Assembly: GCA_964576265.1 (NCBI GenBank)
Contig: CAZNVB010000270.1
Location: 4,088 to 68,087, forward strand
Length of the DNA: 64,000 nt
Direction: 5' to 3'
From: an uncultured Eubacteriales bacterium
GTDB taxonomy: Bacteria; Acidobacteriota; Aminicenantia; Aminicenantales; UBA8522
The translations under genes were made by a program, and so were the position numbers. Positions 27,449 to 37,244 of the stretch are shown piece after piece (the first letter of the stretch is position 1; the number at the start of each line of letters is the position of its first letter). The notes beneath the pieces were generated by a model. That model made no database searches, was not told where the DNA came from, and saw only the letters and a program-made list of their open reading frames with translations.

Positions 27449-29770
27449 TTATAAGAGCCTGGCGAAGCCGGTGTGGCCGGGCGGTCCCTTCAGCCGTTTT
27501 TCCACCTCGTTCTTTTCGAGCGCTTCGGCCATCTCCCCGAAAACGGCGTCGGCGGCGACCTCGAATTTCGCCAGGATATCTTCCGTGTGAGCGAAACTCG
27601 GATAGAACTGAAGGCCGGCCAGAAAGCCTCGCTCGAGCATCAGCTGAGTGTAATAAGTCCGAAGCTCGTTTCCCTTGTCGTGATGGAAACGGAAATGGGC
27701 CAGGCAGGGATAGCCGTCGTCGACGAGAATGGGGAGTCCATACTTCTGACCGTATTTTCGCCAGATATCCATCGCCCGGCGGCCGATTTTCTCGACATGC
27801 ACCGGGACATTGACCCGCCGCATCTTCCGAACCGCAGCCAGGGCCGCCGCTGGCCCGATGCTCTCCGTCCAGTAGGTACTGCTGATGAAGGAGAGATGGG
27901 CGCCTTCCATGGCCGCCGCTCTCCCGATGATCGCCGCCATCGGGTGGCCGTTGCCGAGCGCTTTGGCGAAGACGGCCATGTCCGGAAAAACACCGAACTT
28001 GAGGTGCGCTCCCCCGCCGACCAACCGCCAGCCGATGGTGATTTCGTCGAAGATCACCAGAGCGCCGGCCCGGTGGGCGCGGTCGATGATTTCCTCCAGA
28101 AACCCCGGCCTGGGATCATGGTACCGGCACGGCTCCATGACGACGGCCGCCAGCATTTTGCCGTGACGCTCAATAATCTCCCGGAATTCATCTTCCTGTT
28201 CATAACGAAAAGTCAGAGCCGTTCCCCGGAGCTCCCGGGGAACGCCGAGCGGCTGAAGTCCGGGAAGGAGATGCCCGCGGAGCGCGTCCTCGGTACCGAG
28301 GTTGGCGGCCAGGTACCAGTCATGCCAGCCGCTGTAGCCGCAGATGGCCACGACGGAACGGTCGGTTGTCGCCCGGGCGATGCGCACGGCGACAGCCATC
28401 GCCTCTCCGCCCGATCGCGCATAGCGGACCTGCTCGGCCCAGGGATGGATTTCAAGAAGAAGTTCAGCCAGGGCGACATCCTCGGGCGGATTCAATTGGC
28501 TCATTGAGCCCAGGTTCAGCCGCCTCTTCACGGCGGCGGTCACATCGGGGTCGCGATAGCCTAAGAGGCAGGAGCCGATCCCGCTTCCCGAAAGATCGAA
28601 AAACCGCCGGCCGTCGAAATCCCAGATCTCGCATCCCCGTGCCTCATGAAAGTAGGCCGGCCACAAACCGGGAGCCTGCATCTCCGGCCGTTTGCTCAGG
28701 AGCTGCGTTCCGCCCGGGATGATCGCTTTCGCCCGTTCGTAAAGCTTCTGGCCTTTCTTCTCGCGCCTCTCGATTCCGAAAAGATTCGCGGCGTTGCTGT
28801 AGAAGATATCTTCGATGTCCGAGCGGTCAAGACCGATCATCTTGGCTCCGTCCCGAAGCGCCCGCAGAGATTCGATGCCCACGAGAATCGGCCGGCAGGC
28901 AGGAGTGATTTTTTCCCAGCGAACGGTCTCGTCGGTCAACCAGAGAAAACCGTCGCCGACCGTGACGGCCTTCCCCCGCGTTTCCGAAATCCAGTAATCG
29001 CTTCCCCAGAGGAGTTTCCGCGGCCCGAATTCCTCCAAGACGGCAACGAGCGCGGCCGGCTCGCAAATGGCGGAGGAATCGAAAAAGACATTTTCCAGCC
29101 CGCGCAAGGCGGCCAGACCCTTAACCGTATTCGGCGCATGAAATCCGCGGCCGGCATGGGCCAGGATGAGCGTTGCGTTCGGATAGCGCTCGCATTTCTC
29201 TCGGATTTCACGCTGGTTCTCAGGCGCGGCCACGGCCAAGGCTTTGACCAGATGAAGGACAATCACCAGACGGCGCTCATCGGCAAGCTTCCAGGCCCAC
29301 TCGGGAAGGAACCGGCCGATCGAGGAGGAAAAAGTGGGCTTCTCTGAGCTGAACGTGTGGTAGGGCTTAAATCCGGAGATCACGCCCGAGGCGAGATACT
29401 TTTCGGTCTTCTCACGAGAATCCTCCGGCCTGATGAGGATGGCTCCGCGGCTCTGGGGGGCGCTCCGGAGCTCGTCGATCAGATAATCATTCGCCGCCTC
29501 TGGATTTGAGCGCGGCTCGCCCAGGAAAAGGCCGCCGACGATTCGGCCGGAGCCGAAAATTCTCTCCTGGCTCTCTCGCCAGGATTCGATCGACCCGTCC
29601 GCCGACCGGGCAAACTCGCAACCTGGCGGAAATAGGCAGTCTTTGACCCGCCAAAGATGGGCGTGAGCGTCAAAAATCCTGGAAGGAAAAAAGTCCGCGA
29701 GTTCGGCAAGAATTTCCTGTTCGGCTACTGTCAGCCGAGCCGCATTTCTCTCTGCCATCGTCTCCGGCAA
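27449..29770 (-). CDS. fusion protein: N-terminal amidohydrolase_2 domain + C-terminal class-III (GSA-aminomutase-like) PLP aminotransferase
   Basis: The N-terminal 300 aa carry AHAHLW, LILAHAGRG and LLWGSDYW (amidohydrolase_2). The C-terminal 450 aa carry IIPGGTQ, YARSGGEAM and DEITIGWR...FAKALGNG (Aminotran_3 with PLP lysine). Confidence 0.65.
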   Translation of the reverse strand: MPETMAERNAARLTVAEQEILAELADFFPSRIFDAHAHLWRVKDCLFPPGCEFARSADGSIESWRESQERIFGSGRIVGGLFLGEPRSNPEAANDYLIDELRSAPQSRGAILIRPEDSREKTEKYLASGVISGFKPYHTFSSEKPTFSSSIGRFLPEWAWKLADERRLVIVLHLVKALAVAAPENQREIREKCERYPNATLILAHAGRGFHAPNTVKGLAALRGLENVFFDSSAICEPAALVAVLEEFGPRKLLWGSDYWISETRGKAVTVGDGFLWLTDETVRWEKITPACRPILVGIESLRALRDGAKMIGLDRSDIEDIFYSNAANLFGIERREKKGQKLYERAKAIIPGGTQLLSKRPEMQAPGLWPAYFHEARGCEIWDFDGRRFFDLSGSGIGSCLLGYRDPDVTAAVKRRLNLGSMSQLNPPEDVALAELLLEIHPWAEQVRYARSGGEAMAVAVRIARATTDRSVVAICGYSGWHDWYLAANLGTEDALRGHLLPGLQPLGVPRELRGTALTFRYEQEDEFREIIERHGKMLAAVVMEPCRYHDPRPGFLEEIIDRAHRAGALVIFDEITIGWRLVGGGAHLKFGVFPDMAVFAKALGNGHPMAAIIGRAAAMEGAHLSFISSTYWTESIGPAAALAAVRKMRRVNVPVHVEKIGRRAMDIWRKYGQKYGLPILVDDGYPCLAHFRFHHDKGNELRTYYTQLMLERGFLAGLQFYPSFAHTEDILAKFEVAADAVFGEMAEALEKNEVEKRLKGPPGHTGFARLL

Positions 29771-29789
29771 CTATACAAAAAAGTCCGCT

Positions 29790-31361
29790 TTATCTCAAGC
29801 TTCTTTCCGCCGCCTGTTTTCTTTTCCCCGTTACCAAACTGAACAGAATCGAGGAGACGACCGAGGTCGCGAGGGAGGCGGGAATGATCCACTGGAAACC
29901 GGGACTCGGATGGCCCGTCAACGGCTGCCAGAAGGCAATGAGGAAGGCGGCGACGAAACCGACGGCAGAGCCGAGAATGGTCCCGAGCGGAGTGGCCCAT
30001 CGCCAGAAAATCGCCATAAAGAATAAATTGAAGAGGGGGGCGACAAAAAGCCCGTTGCTGCGGTTCGTCATCTCGATGATATTTCCTGGGACGCGGTTCA
30101 TCAGCGTGCTCAAAAAAATCACCACGAGGCCGATGACAACGGTCGCATATCGAGAAGCCCGGACTCCCGCTTTGTTTTCATCGGCCGTCTCCCGTCCGGC
30201 CTGGGATTTGCTTTTTGTTCCCAGGCTTCCGGAATGCTTTTCGGCCTTTTTCCGCCGGCCGATAAAATCCGTTACCACCACCGCGGCGGTGGAGTTCACA
30301 CCCGACCCGAAACTCACCAGGACCGTCGAGATCACTCCGGCCAGCAAAAAACCGGCCGCGCCGTGGGGCAGGATATTGGCGATCAGATGGGGAAAAAGAA
30401 AATCCGCATCGCCGGTGATGCTCCGCCCTTCGGCCGCGAGATGAGGGTTGGCCTGAAAGAAGGCCAGGACGGCGAACCCGACAGCTCCAAGGAAAATCGT
30501 CAGGACGGCATCGGCGATATTGTTCGAGAGAAAAGCCTTTCTCGCCTGGCGAAGATTCCGCGTGGAGATGTACCTCTGGATGGCGATCTGATCCGAGCCG
30601 GCGGTGCAAATCCACCAGCAGATGGAAGTGATCATCATCCCGATGACGGTGATCCGGACTTGAGGGTCGAAGCTGAAAAGTGTGAACGATTGCCAGTGGG
30701 GGGCCCAACGGGTAGGAATCCAGGCACCGATCCCGCCCATCCGGAAGCTGATGAAGACGAGCGTCAGGACGGCGCCGAAAAAGAGGAGGAAAAACTTGAC
30801 TACGCCCGTCGCCACAGCCGCTTTAAAACCGCCCAGGGCGGAATAGAGCAGGGTCGCCGCCCCAAGAACAAGAACAATGGGCAGAATGGCCCCCTCTCCC
30901 CAGTTCATCATCACGACGAAGGTTTTGGCTGAAAGGTAGACAATCAGGGCCATCCAGACGATCCTGATCAGGATAAAAAGCACGGAGCCGGTCAGGCGAA
31001 CTTTTGGGCCGAGCGGTTTCTCCAGAATCTCATAGGCGCTGGTAATCGGAAGCTTCATGAAGATCGGAATCAGAAAATAGGCGACGAGCAGAAAGACAAA
31101 CGGCAAAGCCAGGAGTGAAGCGATGATAAACACCGGACCGTATTTGATCGTCTCGCCGACCACCGCCAAATAAGAGATGAGGCTGACCAAGGTGACGATG
31201 ATCGAGATGCCCGAGGCAATGGGGTTTGTTCGCCGTCCGCCGAGCAGAAAATCATCCCGGCTCTTCTGCCGCCTCGAATAGTACCAGCCGATCAGAATGA
31301 CTATAAAAAAATAGAGGGCAACGACCAGCCAATCCAGAAATCCGACACCTCGGTGAATCAT
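29790..31361 (-). CDS. sodium:solute symporter family (SSF/SLC5) transporter
   Basis: 523 aa, polytopic, with an SSS-like N-terminus (FLLGGRRTNPIASGISIIVTLVS). Confidence 0.7.
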   Translation of the reverse strand: MIHRGVGFLDWLVVALYFFIVILIGWYYSRRQKSRDDFLLGGRRTNPIASGISIIVTLVSLISYLAVVGETIKYGPVFIIASLLALPFVFLLVAYFLIPIFMKLPITSAYEILEKPLGPKVRLTGSVLFILIRIVWMALIVYLSAKTFVVMMNWGEGAILPIVLVLGAATLLYSALGGFKAAVATGVVKFFLLFFGAVLTLVFISFRMGGIGAWIPTRWAPHWQSFTLFSFDPQVRITVIGMMITSICWWICTAGSDQIAIQRYISTRNLRQARKAFLSNNIADAVLTIFLGAVGFAVLAFFQANPHLAAEGRSITGDADFLFPHLIANILPHGAAGFLLAGVISTVLVSFGSGVNSTAAVVVTDFIGRRKKAEKHSGSLGTKSKSQAGRETADENKAGVRASRYATVVIGLVVIFLSTLMNRVPGNIIEMTNRSNGLFVAPLFNLFFMAIFWRWATPLGTILGSAVGFVAAFLIAFWQPLTGHPSPGFQWIIPASLATSVVSSILFSLVTGKRKQAAERSLR

Positions 31362-31381
31362 CGAGCGGGGATTATATCATA

Positions 31382-32167
31382 TTATTTGGCGGTGTAGCCG
31401 CCGTCGACGGGAATATTCGCTCCCGTCACATAGGCCGAGCTATCCGAGGCCAGAAAGACAATGACCCCCTTGAGGTCGGTCTCATTGGCCAGTCGGCCGA
31501 GGAAAGTCCGTCGGCTGTAATTCTTGACGAACGCCTCGGGCATTTTGGCGGTCCGGAATCCTCCCGGACTCACGCAGTTGCATCTCACGCCCCGAGCGCC
31601 GTAATAGCTGGCGATGAAGCGGGTGAAATTGATCATCCCTCCTTTATGGAAAAAATAATCCGGATACCAGGCGTGCATCTCGGTTCCCTCGTAGATCGGC
31701 GGATCAGGTCCGATCATGCCATGAATCGAGCCGATGTTGATAATCGAGCCGTTCCCCTGTTCGGCCATGACGTCGCCCATGGCGCGAGTGATAACGAAAA
31801 GTCCGGTGGCGTTGACCCGCATGCTCTCGGCGAAGGTCGAGGCATCATCGGCAAAGCCTTTCTTCATCGGCCTCAAAACGGCGTTGTTGACCAAGATATC
31901 GATCCTTCCGGTCCGTTTTAGGATTTCGTCTCGCAGGGCGAGAACCGACTTCTCATCCCCCTGATCGAGATGAAGAGCCGCGACTTCCAAGCCGTTCTCA
32001 AACAGCTTGGCGGCGAAAAGTCGCAGGGCCTGAAGATTCCGCGAGGCCATGAAGGTCCTGGCCCCGGCTTCGGCCAGAGCTTCGACGATCTGGCGACCGT
32101 AGAGACCGGCTCCGCCCGTCACAAGTGCTGTCTTCCCTTTGAGGGAAAACATCTCCAAAATTCCCAT
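31382..32167 (-). CDS. short-chain dehydrogenase/reductase (SDR) family oxidoreductase
   Basis: TALVTGGAGLYG Rossmann motif, NNAV, and a C-terminal IPVDGGYTA. Confidence 0.7.
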   Translation of the reverse strand: MGILEMFSLKGKTALVTGGAGLYGRQIVEALAEAGARTFMASRNLQALRLFAAKLFENGLEVAALHLDQGDEKSVLALRDEILKRTGRIDILVNNAVLRPMKKGFADDASTFAESMRVNATGLFVITRAMGDVMAEQGNGSIINIGSIHGMIGPDPPIYEGTEMHAWYPDYFFHKGGMINFTRFIASYYGARGVRCNCVSPGGFRTAKMPEAFVKNYSRRTFLGRLANETDLKGVIVFLASDSSAYVTGANIPVDGGYTAK

Positions 32168-32199
32168 GGCGTCTCTCCGTTCAACTCATCCCTTCTCTT

Positions 32200-32994
32200 T
32201 CAAGCGGGACGAGACTTTCGAAGGCTCGAAGTGAATCTGGCAAAGTCGGCGGCTACCCGGCCGAAATAATCTCCCAGCCCAAGGACGTCGGCGCCGATGG
32301 CAAAGAACCGGTACCCCATCTCCAGGAATTCGGGAATGCTGGCCACAGGGCCGGTCGTCCCGGCGAATTTGCCCTTGGCCAGAGCGGCCTGAGCTACCCG
32401 CTCCCTCGCTTCGATGAGACGAGGATGCTTGAAATCCCCGGGAGAGCCCAGTCCATGGCTGAAATCTCCGGGCCCGAAAAAGAGGATGTCCAGGCCGGCC
32501 AGAGCCGCGATCGCCTCAAGTTCGGCCAGGGGTTCCGGATCTTCGATCTGAAAAATGATAAAGCGATCCTCGTTGGATCGTCTGATGTATTCTTCAACCG
32601 GAGTCTGGGCATATGCGCCGTCGGCGTTTCCGCCGTCAAGAGGCCGCCGGCCCAGGGGATGAAAACGCGTCATGCGGAGGACGTTCTCGGCGTCCGCCAG
32701 ACTCATGATGTGCGGCACCATGATTCCCGCGGCATCGAGCTCGAGCGGCCGGACGTAATCGGAATAGCTCCCTCTGGCCGTCCGAACAAGGACATCGACA
32801 TTATAGGCCTTGGCCGCATAAATCTGGGCCTCGAGAACCGACCAATCCGAAGCGACATGTTCCAGGTCCAGCCAGAGGCAATCCACTCCGGACATGGCCG
32901 CAAGCTCGGCCACGCGGGCATTGTCGAGGTTCAGCTTGACGCAGCTCACCGCGTCGCCCGCCCTGAGTTTTTCCAGCACCCGGCTTCGTCTCAT
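32200..32994 (-). CDS. HpcH/HpaI family 2-keto-3-deoxy-acid aldolase
   Basis: Start reassigned to MRRSRVLEKL. Motifs LWLDLEH, IMVPHI and IFQIEDPE are present. Confidence 0.65.
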   Translation of the reverse strand: MRRSRVLEKLRAGDAVSCVKLNLDNARVAELAAMSGVDCLWLDLEHVASDWSVLEAQIYAAKAYNVDVLVRTARGSYSDYVRPLELDAAGIMVPHIMSLADAENVLRMTRFHPLGRRPLDGGNADGAYAQTPVEEYIRRSNEDRFIIFQIEDPEPLAELEAIAALAGLDILFFGPGDFSHGLGSPGDFKHPRLIEARERVAQAALAKGKFAGTTGPVASIPEFLEMGYRFFAIGADVLGLGDYFGRVAADFARFTSSLRKSRPA

Positions 32995-33004
32995 GATCAA
33001 CTCC

Positions 33005-33961
33005 TTAGATGATCTCCTCGAGCGGCACTTGGCGACCGTTCTCCTCCCGGCTCCGAATGCCGGCAATGACCATCTTCATCAGCTCGACGGTCTCGGCAAA
33101 TGGAAACGGCATAACTCCGCTCCGCAGATAGCGGATGAAGCTCTCGAGCTGCTTCTTGAAGGCGTAAAAGGTGTCGGAGAAAGCGACTTCCACATGGCCG
33201 GCCGTGCCGCAGAGCGTCAGCACGCCGAAGGCCCCGAAGAGATCGGCGATGGCGGCAACAACGACGTCGGCGCCGTTCCGATGCCGGAAATGGACGATAT
33301 TTTTCTCCTCTGTTCCGGTGTTCCGTGCCGAAAGAAACCCCGGCCCGAGGATCGGATAGACGGCCTCCAGAGCGTGAATTCCATACCGTTCCCAGGACTT
33401 CGGCGTCGTGACCGTCGCCAGTCGAAGGTCGCCGAGCTCGCGGGTTGACTCCCGATAGGGCAGGAACTCCTTGGCATAGCGCATGCAACTCGAAGACATC
33501 ACCGGCCGGCCTTCCTCAACCCATTGAACGAACGTCCTCAGGTCCTCGGCGTTGTCCACGAGCGGCTTATCGATAAAGACGGGAAGCCCCGCCTCGACGA
33601 ACGGCCGGGCGCGTTCGACATGTTCATGTCCTTTGTCCGTGGGGATGATGACGGCGTCGACCTGGCCGATGGCCTCCTCGGGTTGAGATAAAATGTGGGG
33701 GATCAGAGAGGCCCGGGCGACCTTTTCGGCATCCGCCGGATTGTCCGTCCAGATATGCGTGACCTTCGCTCCGGCGATGCCGAAGGTCTCGATTGGTTGT
33801 TTCCCTAAATAGACCGGAATAACGGGATAGGGACATTTCGCCATCTCCCCGCGGTCATAGCCGTTGAAAATGGCGCTCCAGGAATAGGGATGGCCGTTTC
33901 CCTCGACCATGCCCAGCATAGCCAGTCGGATTTCCGGTTGAGTGATCGGCAGAGAGATCAT
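33005..33961 (-). CDS. Gfo/Idh/MocA family oxidoreductase
   Basis: LAMLGMVEGNGHPYSW and FIDKP motifs. Reading frames are tightly packed with the flanking genes. Confidence 0.65.
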   Translation of the reverse strand: MISLPITQPEIRLAMLGMVEGNGHPYSWSAIFNGYDRGEMAKCPYPVIPVYLGKQPIETFGIAGAKVTHIWTDNPADAEKVARASLIPHILSQPEEAIGQVDAVIIPTDKGHEHVERARPFVEAGLPVFIDKPLVDNAEDLRTFVQWVEEGRPVMSSSCMRYAKEFLPYRESTRELGDLRLATVTTPKSWERYGIHALEAVYPILGPGFLSARNTGTEEKNIVHFRHRNGADVVVAAIADLFGAFGVLTLCGTAGHVEVAFSDTFYAFKKQLESFIRYLRSGVMPFPFAETVELMKMVIAGIRSREENGRQVPLEEII

Positions 33962-34878
33962 GGACGTTCTTCCTTTTTGGTCGGCCCCTTCGGCCAGCGT
34001 CGCGGATCAACGATATGCTCGGGAACCGGCGGAAGTTTGTTGATTTTTTCGACGAGACGGTCCTCGAGCCGGCCGCGGCGTATGATTTCCAGGTTCCGCT
34101 CGAGCTGGTCATTCGTTTCCACGCCGACGATCACAGAGTCGATTTCATCGAAGCTCAATGCATAGCGAAGAGCCATCTCGGCCAGGGACAGACCTTCTTC
34201 TGTGGCCAGGCCGGCGAGGGATCGGCGGTGAGGCTCGAAGCCGGCGAGTTCAGCCGGGAGGTTCTCCTTAAAGATCAATCCTTGAAGAAAAACGCTCCGG
34301 ACGAGGGTGATCTTGCGGCTCGCCTTTGCTCGGCGAAAGAAGTCCGTCGCCAAAAGGCGCCTGTCAGCCAGGCTGAAAGGCACCTGGACGACCTCACAAT
34401 GCGGGTTCCTCAGGCAGGCCTCCGCCTCCTCAGGGGTGTAAACGGAAGCTCCGATCTTCTCCATCAGGCCCGATTCCTTGAGTTCCAATAATCTCCGCTG
34501 AGCCGCGCCCTCCTGATAATACATGTCGTTGAAATGATGAAAAAGACAGACAGAAAGACACTCTATTCCCAGGTTGTCGAGACTCTGCCGAATGGATAGG
34601 GAAACTCGGCGGAGGACCTCCTCTGGACCGGAAGTCCAGTCGAATCGAGGAAGCTTGGAGACGAGCTCGCCCCGGGCCCCGAGTTCCCGGAGGCATTGCC
34701 CCAGAACTTTCTCGCTTTCTCCGTAAGCCGGAGCCGTATCGAAAGTCGTGATCCCGTTTTTCAGAGCGGTTTTGACGATCGTCAGGCTTTCTTCAAACTC
34801 CGGCTGGCCGGAGGTATTGTTGATGCCGTAGGGCATACCGAGCTGCGCTGTGCCGAGACAAATTTTCGAAAGCTTCAT
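33958..34878 (-). CDS. aldo/keto reductase
   Basis: LGTAQLGMPYG and TFDTAPAYGESE motifs. Its ATGA overlaps the downstream gene. Confidence 0.75.
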   Translation of the reverse strand: MKLSKICLGTAQLGMPYGINNTSGQPEFEESLTIVKTALKNGITTFDTAPAYGESEKVLGQCLRELGARGELVSKLPRFDWTSGPEEVLRRVSLSIRQSLDNLGIECLSVCLFHHFNDMYYQEGAAQRRLLELKESGLMEKIGASVYTPEEAEACLRNPHCEVVQVPFSLADRRLLATDFFRRAKASRKITLVRSVFLQGLIFKENLPAELAGFEPHRRSLAGLATEEGLSLAEMALRYALSFDEIDSVIVGVETNDQLERNLEIIRRGRLEDRLVEKINKLPPVPEHIVDPRRWPKGPTKKEERP

Positions 34879-34976
34879 CCCGTCTGAATTATATCTTCAA
34901 GAAATTCAAGACTCAATCTAAAATTCGTCCTCCTGAAATTGATCCCGGCTGCGAATCCTAAAAAATAACGAGAATT

Positions 34977-36488
34977 TCAGAAAGAAAAAGCGTAAAGGCG
35001 GGCGCTCCTCAGCCTGAACTCCGCCTGGAGCGGTTGATCCGTCTCCGGCAGGCGGGCTCTTCCTCGCCAGCGGACAGGAACGGCCGTCCCGTCCGAGCGA
35101 ATCGGATCGCCATCTGCAAAGGAAAAACCCCGGATGATCCCGCGGTCATTCCGGAGCTGGACGCGCACTTCGCCGCCTGAAGCGTCCACATTGAGAATCA
35201 GGGCTCGTCCCTTTTCCTTGGGAAGGAGGAACGGCCGCGTCAAAACGACCCCCTCCGCCGCTCCGGCCTCAAGACCGATAAACCGGTTTCGGGGGAGAAA
35301 AGCCAGACATCCCGACCTCGGTCCGCTCTTGTGTCCTTGCTCCATTCCATTGTAATAAATAAAATCCCGGTCTCCGACCTCGATGACCTCGGAGACCCAG
35401 GCGATCGCCTGGTCGGGTGCGCTCGGCTTTCCTTCTGACCGGTCGAGCACCCTGAGCCGGATCCTTTCCCAGGCGTCACCGTCGCGGCTGAAAGCGAGTT
35501 CGGTCCAGCCGATACCATCGGGCGGCGCATCATCGATAAGACAGGGGAGAAAACCGATGAACAGGTCGCCTCGCCGGACGACCGCCTGGAGTCCGTAGAA
35601 TTCAAGCGTCGGAGGATCTTTTTCATCCGGAAGAAGGATCTGTCGCGCTTCGGACCAAACACGGAAATCCGGGCTCCGGCTCGAGCCCACGACCCGCCTT
35701 CCGCAGCGTGGCGCGTCGATGCCGCGCTTGACCGGGATCTCGTATTGACCGGACAAAGACCACATCTTGAACACAGCCACGAATTCCCGCCTCAGCGGGT
35801 CATAAAACGCATTGACCACGTCACTCGCACCGCGGCCCTGGATTTCTCCCCGATCATCGAGCTCTTCAATCCATAAGGGAGGGCTCCAGTTCAAACCGTC
35901 GGGCGAAAAAGATACAGAAAATCCGACCGGCTGGGGATCATGCCGATAAAAAACGGCCTTATATCTCTCTCCCGGATTCGCCGCGTCCCGGTCAAGGAGG
36001 ACGCGTCCTCCCAGAACACGGGTTAAAAGGAGGTTGTTGTGCTTGTTTCCCTGAAACTCCGTCAGGCCGAGATCAGGAAGCCGCCAGGCGATTCCATCGC
36101 TGCTCGTCCCATAACCGAAATGGACGCCGAGCGGCCCCCGGCTGTAAGGGATATACCACATTCGGAAGCCGCCTCCTTTTTCATCCGGCAAGACGGTAAA
36201 CGGCCCTGAAGCAAGCTCAAGGTCGGCGAACGGGTTCTTGGCTGGGATGATCGGATTGCCGGCGTGCTTCTCCGGGCGCCCAGCCTCGAGCTTCACGCCC
36301 TCCAGGCGCACAAAAAGAACCTGATCAAAGAAAAAATGAGGCCCTTTCCGGAGCCGAGGCATGGCCTCGCCGGAAGTTTTATCCTCCGTTCCGGCCGCGC
36401 ATTCTGAGTTCGGAAACAATTTAGAAATACCGACGCAAAAGAAAAAGAGAAAGGCAAGGCCAAGAAAAATCTTCAACGCCTTATTCAT
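34977..36488 (-). CDS. secreted five-bladed beta-propeller glycoside hydrolase-like protein (GH43/GH32/GH130-like fold)
   Basis: It has an N-terminal hydrophobic anchor or signal (MNKALKIFLGLAFLFFF) and repeated W/Y-rich beta-propeller blades. Family assignment is uncertain. The start is ambiguous between M8 and M14 of the track ORF. Confidence 0.4.
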   Translation of the reverse strand: MNKALKIFLGLAFLFFFCVGISKLFPNSECAAGTEDKTSGEAMPRLRKGPHFFFDQVLFVRLEGVKLEAGRPEKHAGNPIIPAKNPFADLELASGPFTVLPDEKGGGFRMWYIPYSRGPLGVHFGYGTSSDGIAWRLPDLGLTEFQGNKHNNLLLTRVLGGRVLLDRDAANPGERYKAVFYRHDPQPVGFSVSFSPDGLNWSPPLWIEELDDRGEIQGRGASDVVNAFYDPLRREFVAVFKMWSLSGQYEIPVKRGIDAPRCGRRVVGSSRSPDFRVWSEARQILLPDEKDPPTLEFYGLQAVVRRGDLFIGFLPCLIDDAPPDGIGWTELAFSRDGDAWERIRLRVLDRSEGKPSAPDQAIAWVSEVIEVGDRDFIYYNGMEQGHKSGPRSGCLAFLPRNRFIGLEAGAAEGVVLTRPFLLPKEKGRALILNVDASGGEVRVQLRNDRGIIRGFSFADGDPIRSDGTAVPVRWRGRARLPETDQPLQAEFRLRSARLYAFSF

Positions 36489-36502
36489 ATGGGAAAATGT
36501 TC

Positions 36503-37030
36503 TCATTTTTTGCCCTTTGCCGGCCAAGCGAAATCTTGAACAAGCTCCGACGCCGGTCGGCGTTTCTTGGGTTTCCAGGAGTCGGCCGGATAGCCGAGAG
36601 GTGTGAAAGCGATCGGCTCCAGGTCCGCCGGAAGACGCAGTACCTCGCGGGCCGCCTGAGGATCGAAAGCCGCAATCCAGCAGGTTCCGAGCCCGAGGCT
36701 CCGCGCCGCGAGGATCAGATGATCGAAGGCGATCGTGGCGTCCACTTCCGCGTAATTCTTGCCGTCTCTTCGCGTCCAGGCTTCGCCGGGCACGGCACAG
36801 GCGCAGATGACAAAGGGGGCCTGGACAAACCAGTCGCGTGAATAGATCCGCTTGAGATTCGCCTCATGCCCTTTCGTTTGAATCACGATCAACCGAAAGG
36901 GCTGCCGGTTGGCCGCCGTGGGGGCAAGGATGGCAGCCTCAAGTACCTGGCGAAGTTTCTCCTCCTCGACCTGGGTTCCTTGATAGGCTCGAACGCTGTA
37001 TCGTTTCTCAACGACTTCCCGGAATTCCAT
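36503..37030 (-). CDS. nitroreductase family protein
   Basis: Nitroreductase-fold motifs RYSVRAY, APTAANRQP and LGLGTCWI. Confidence 0.75.
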   Translation of the reverse strand: MEFREVVEKRYSVRAYQGTQVEEEKLRQVLEAAILAPTAANRQPFRLIVIQTKGHEANLKRIYSRDWFVQAPFVICACAVPGEAWTRRDGKNYAEVDATIAFDHLILAARSLGLGTCWIAAFDPQAAREVLRLPADLEPIAFTPLGYPADSWKPKKRRPASELVQDFAWPAKGKK

Positions 37031-37244
37031 TCGCCTCTCCTTTCGTTTTGTTTTTTTGACTTGTCAGGTCGCGGATTTATTATCCGTCAAGCAATCTATT
37101 CTATTCCATATTCTGCGATTATTGAAGCCCATGGCTTGCGGAAACAGCTAATTCAGAGCCGGCATTCGGTTGACTGAACTCCCTGTCCGTGGCAGAATAG
37201 ATAGCAAAAGGAATCAAATTCAAACAATCAAGCGAGGTAATCCA

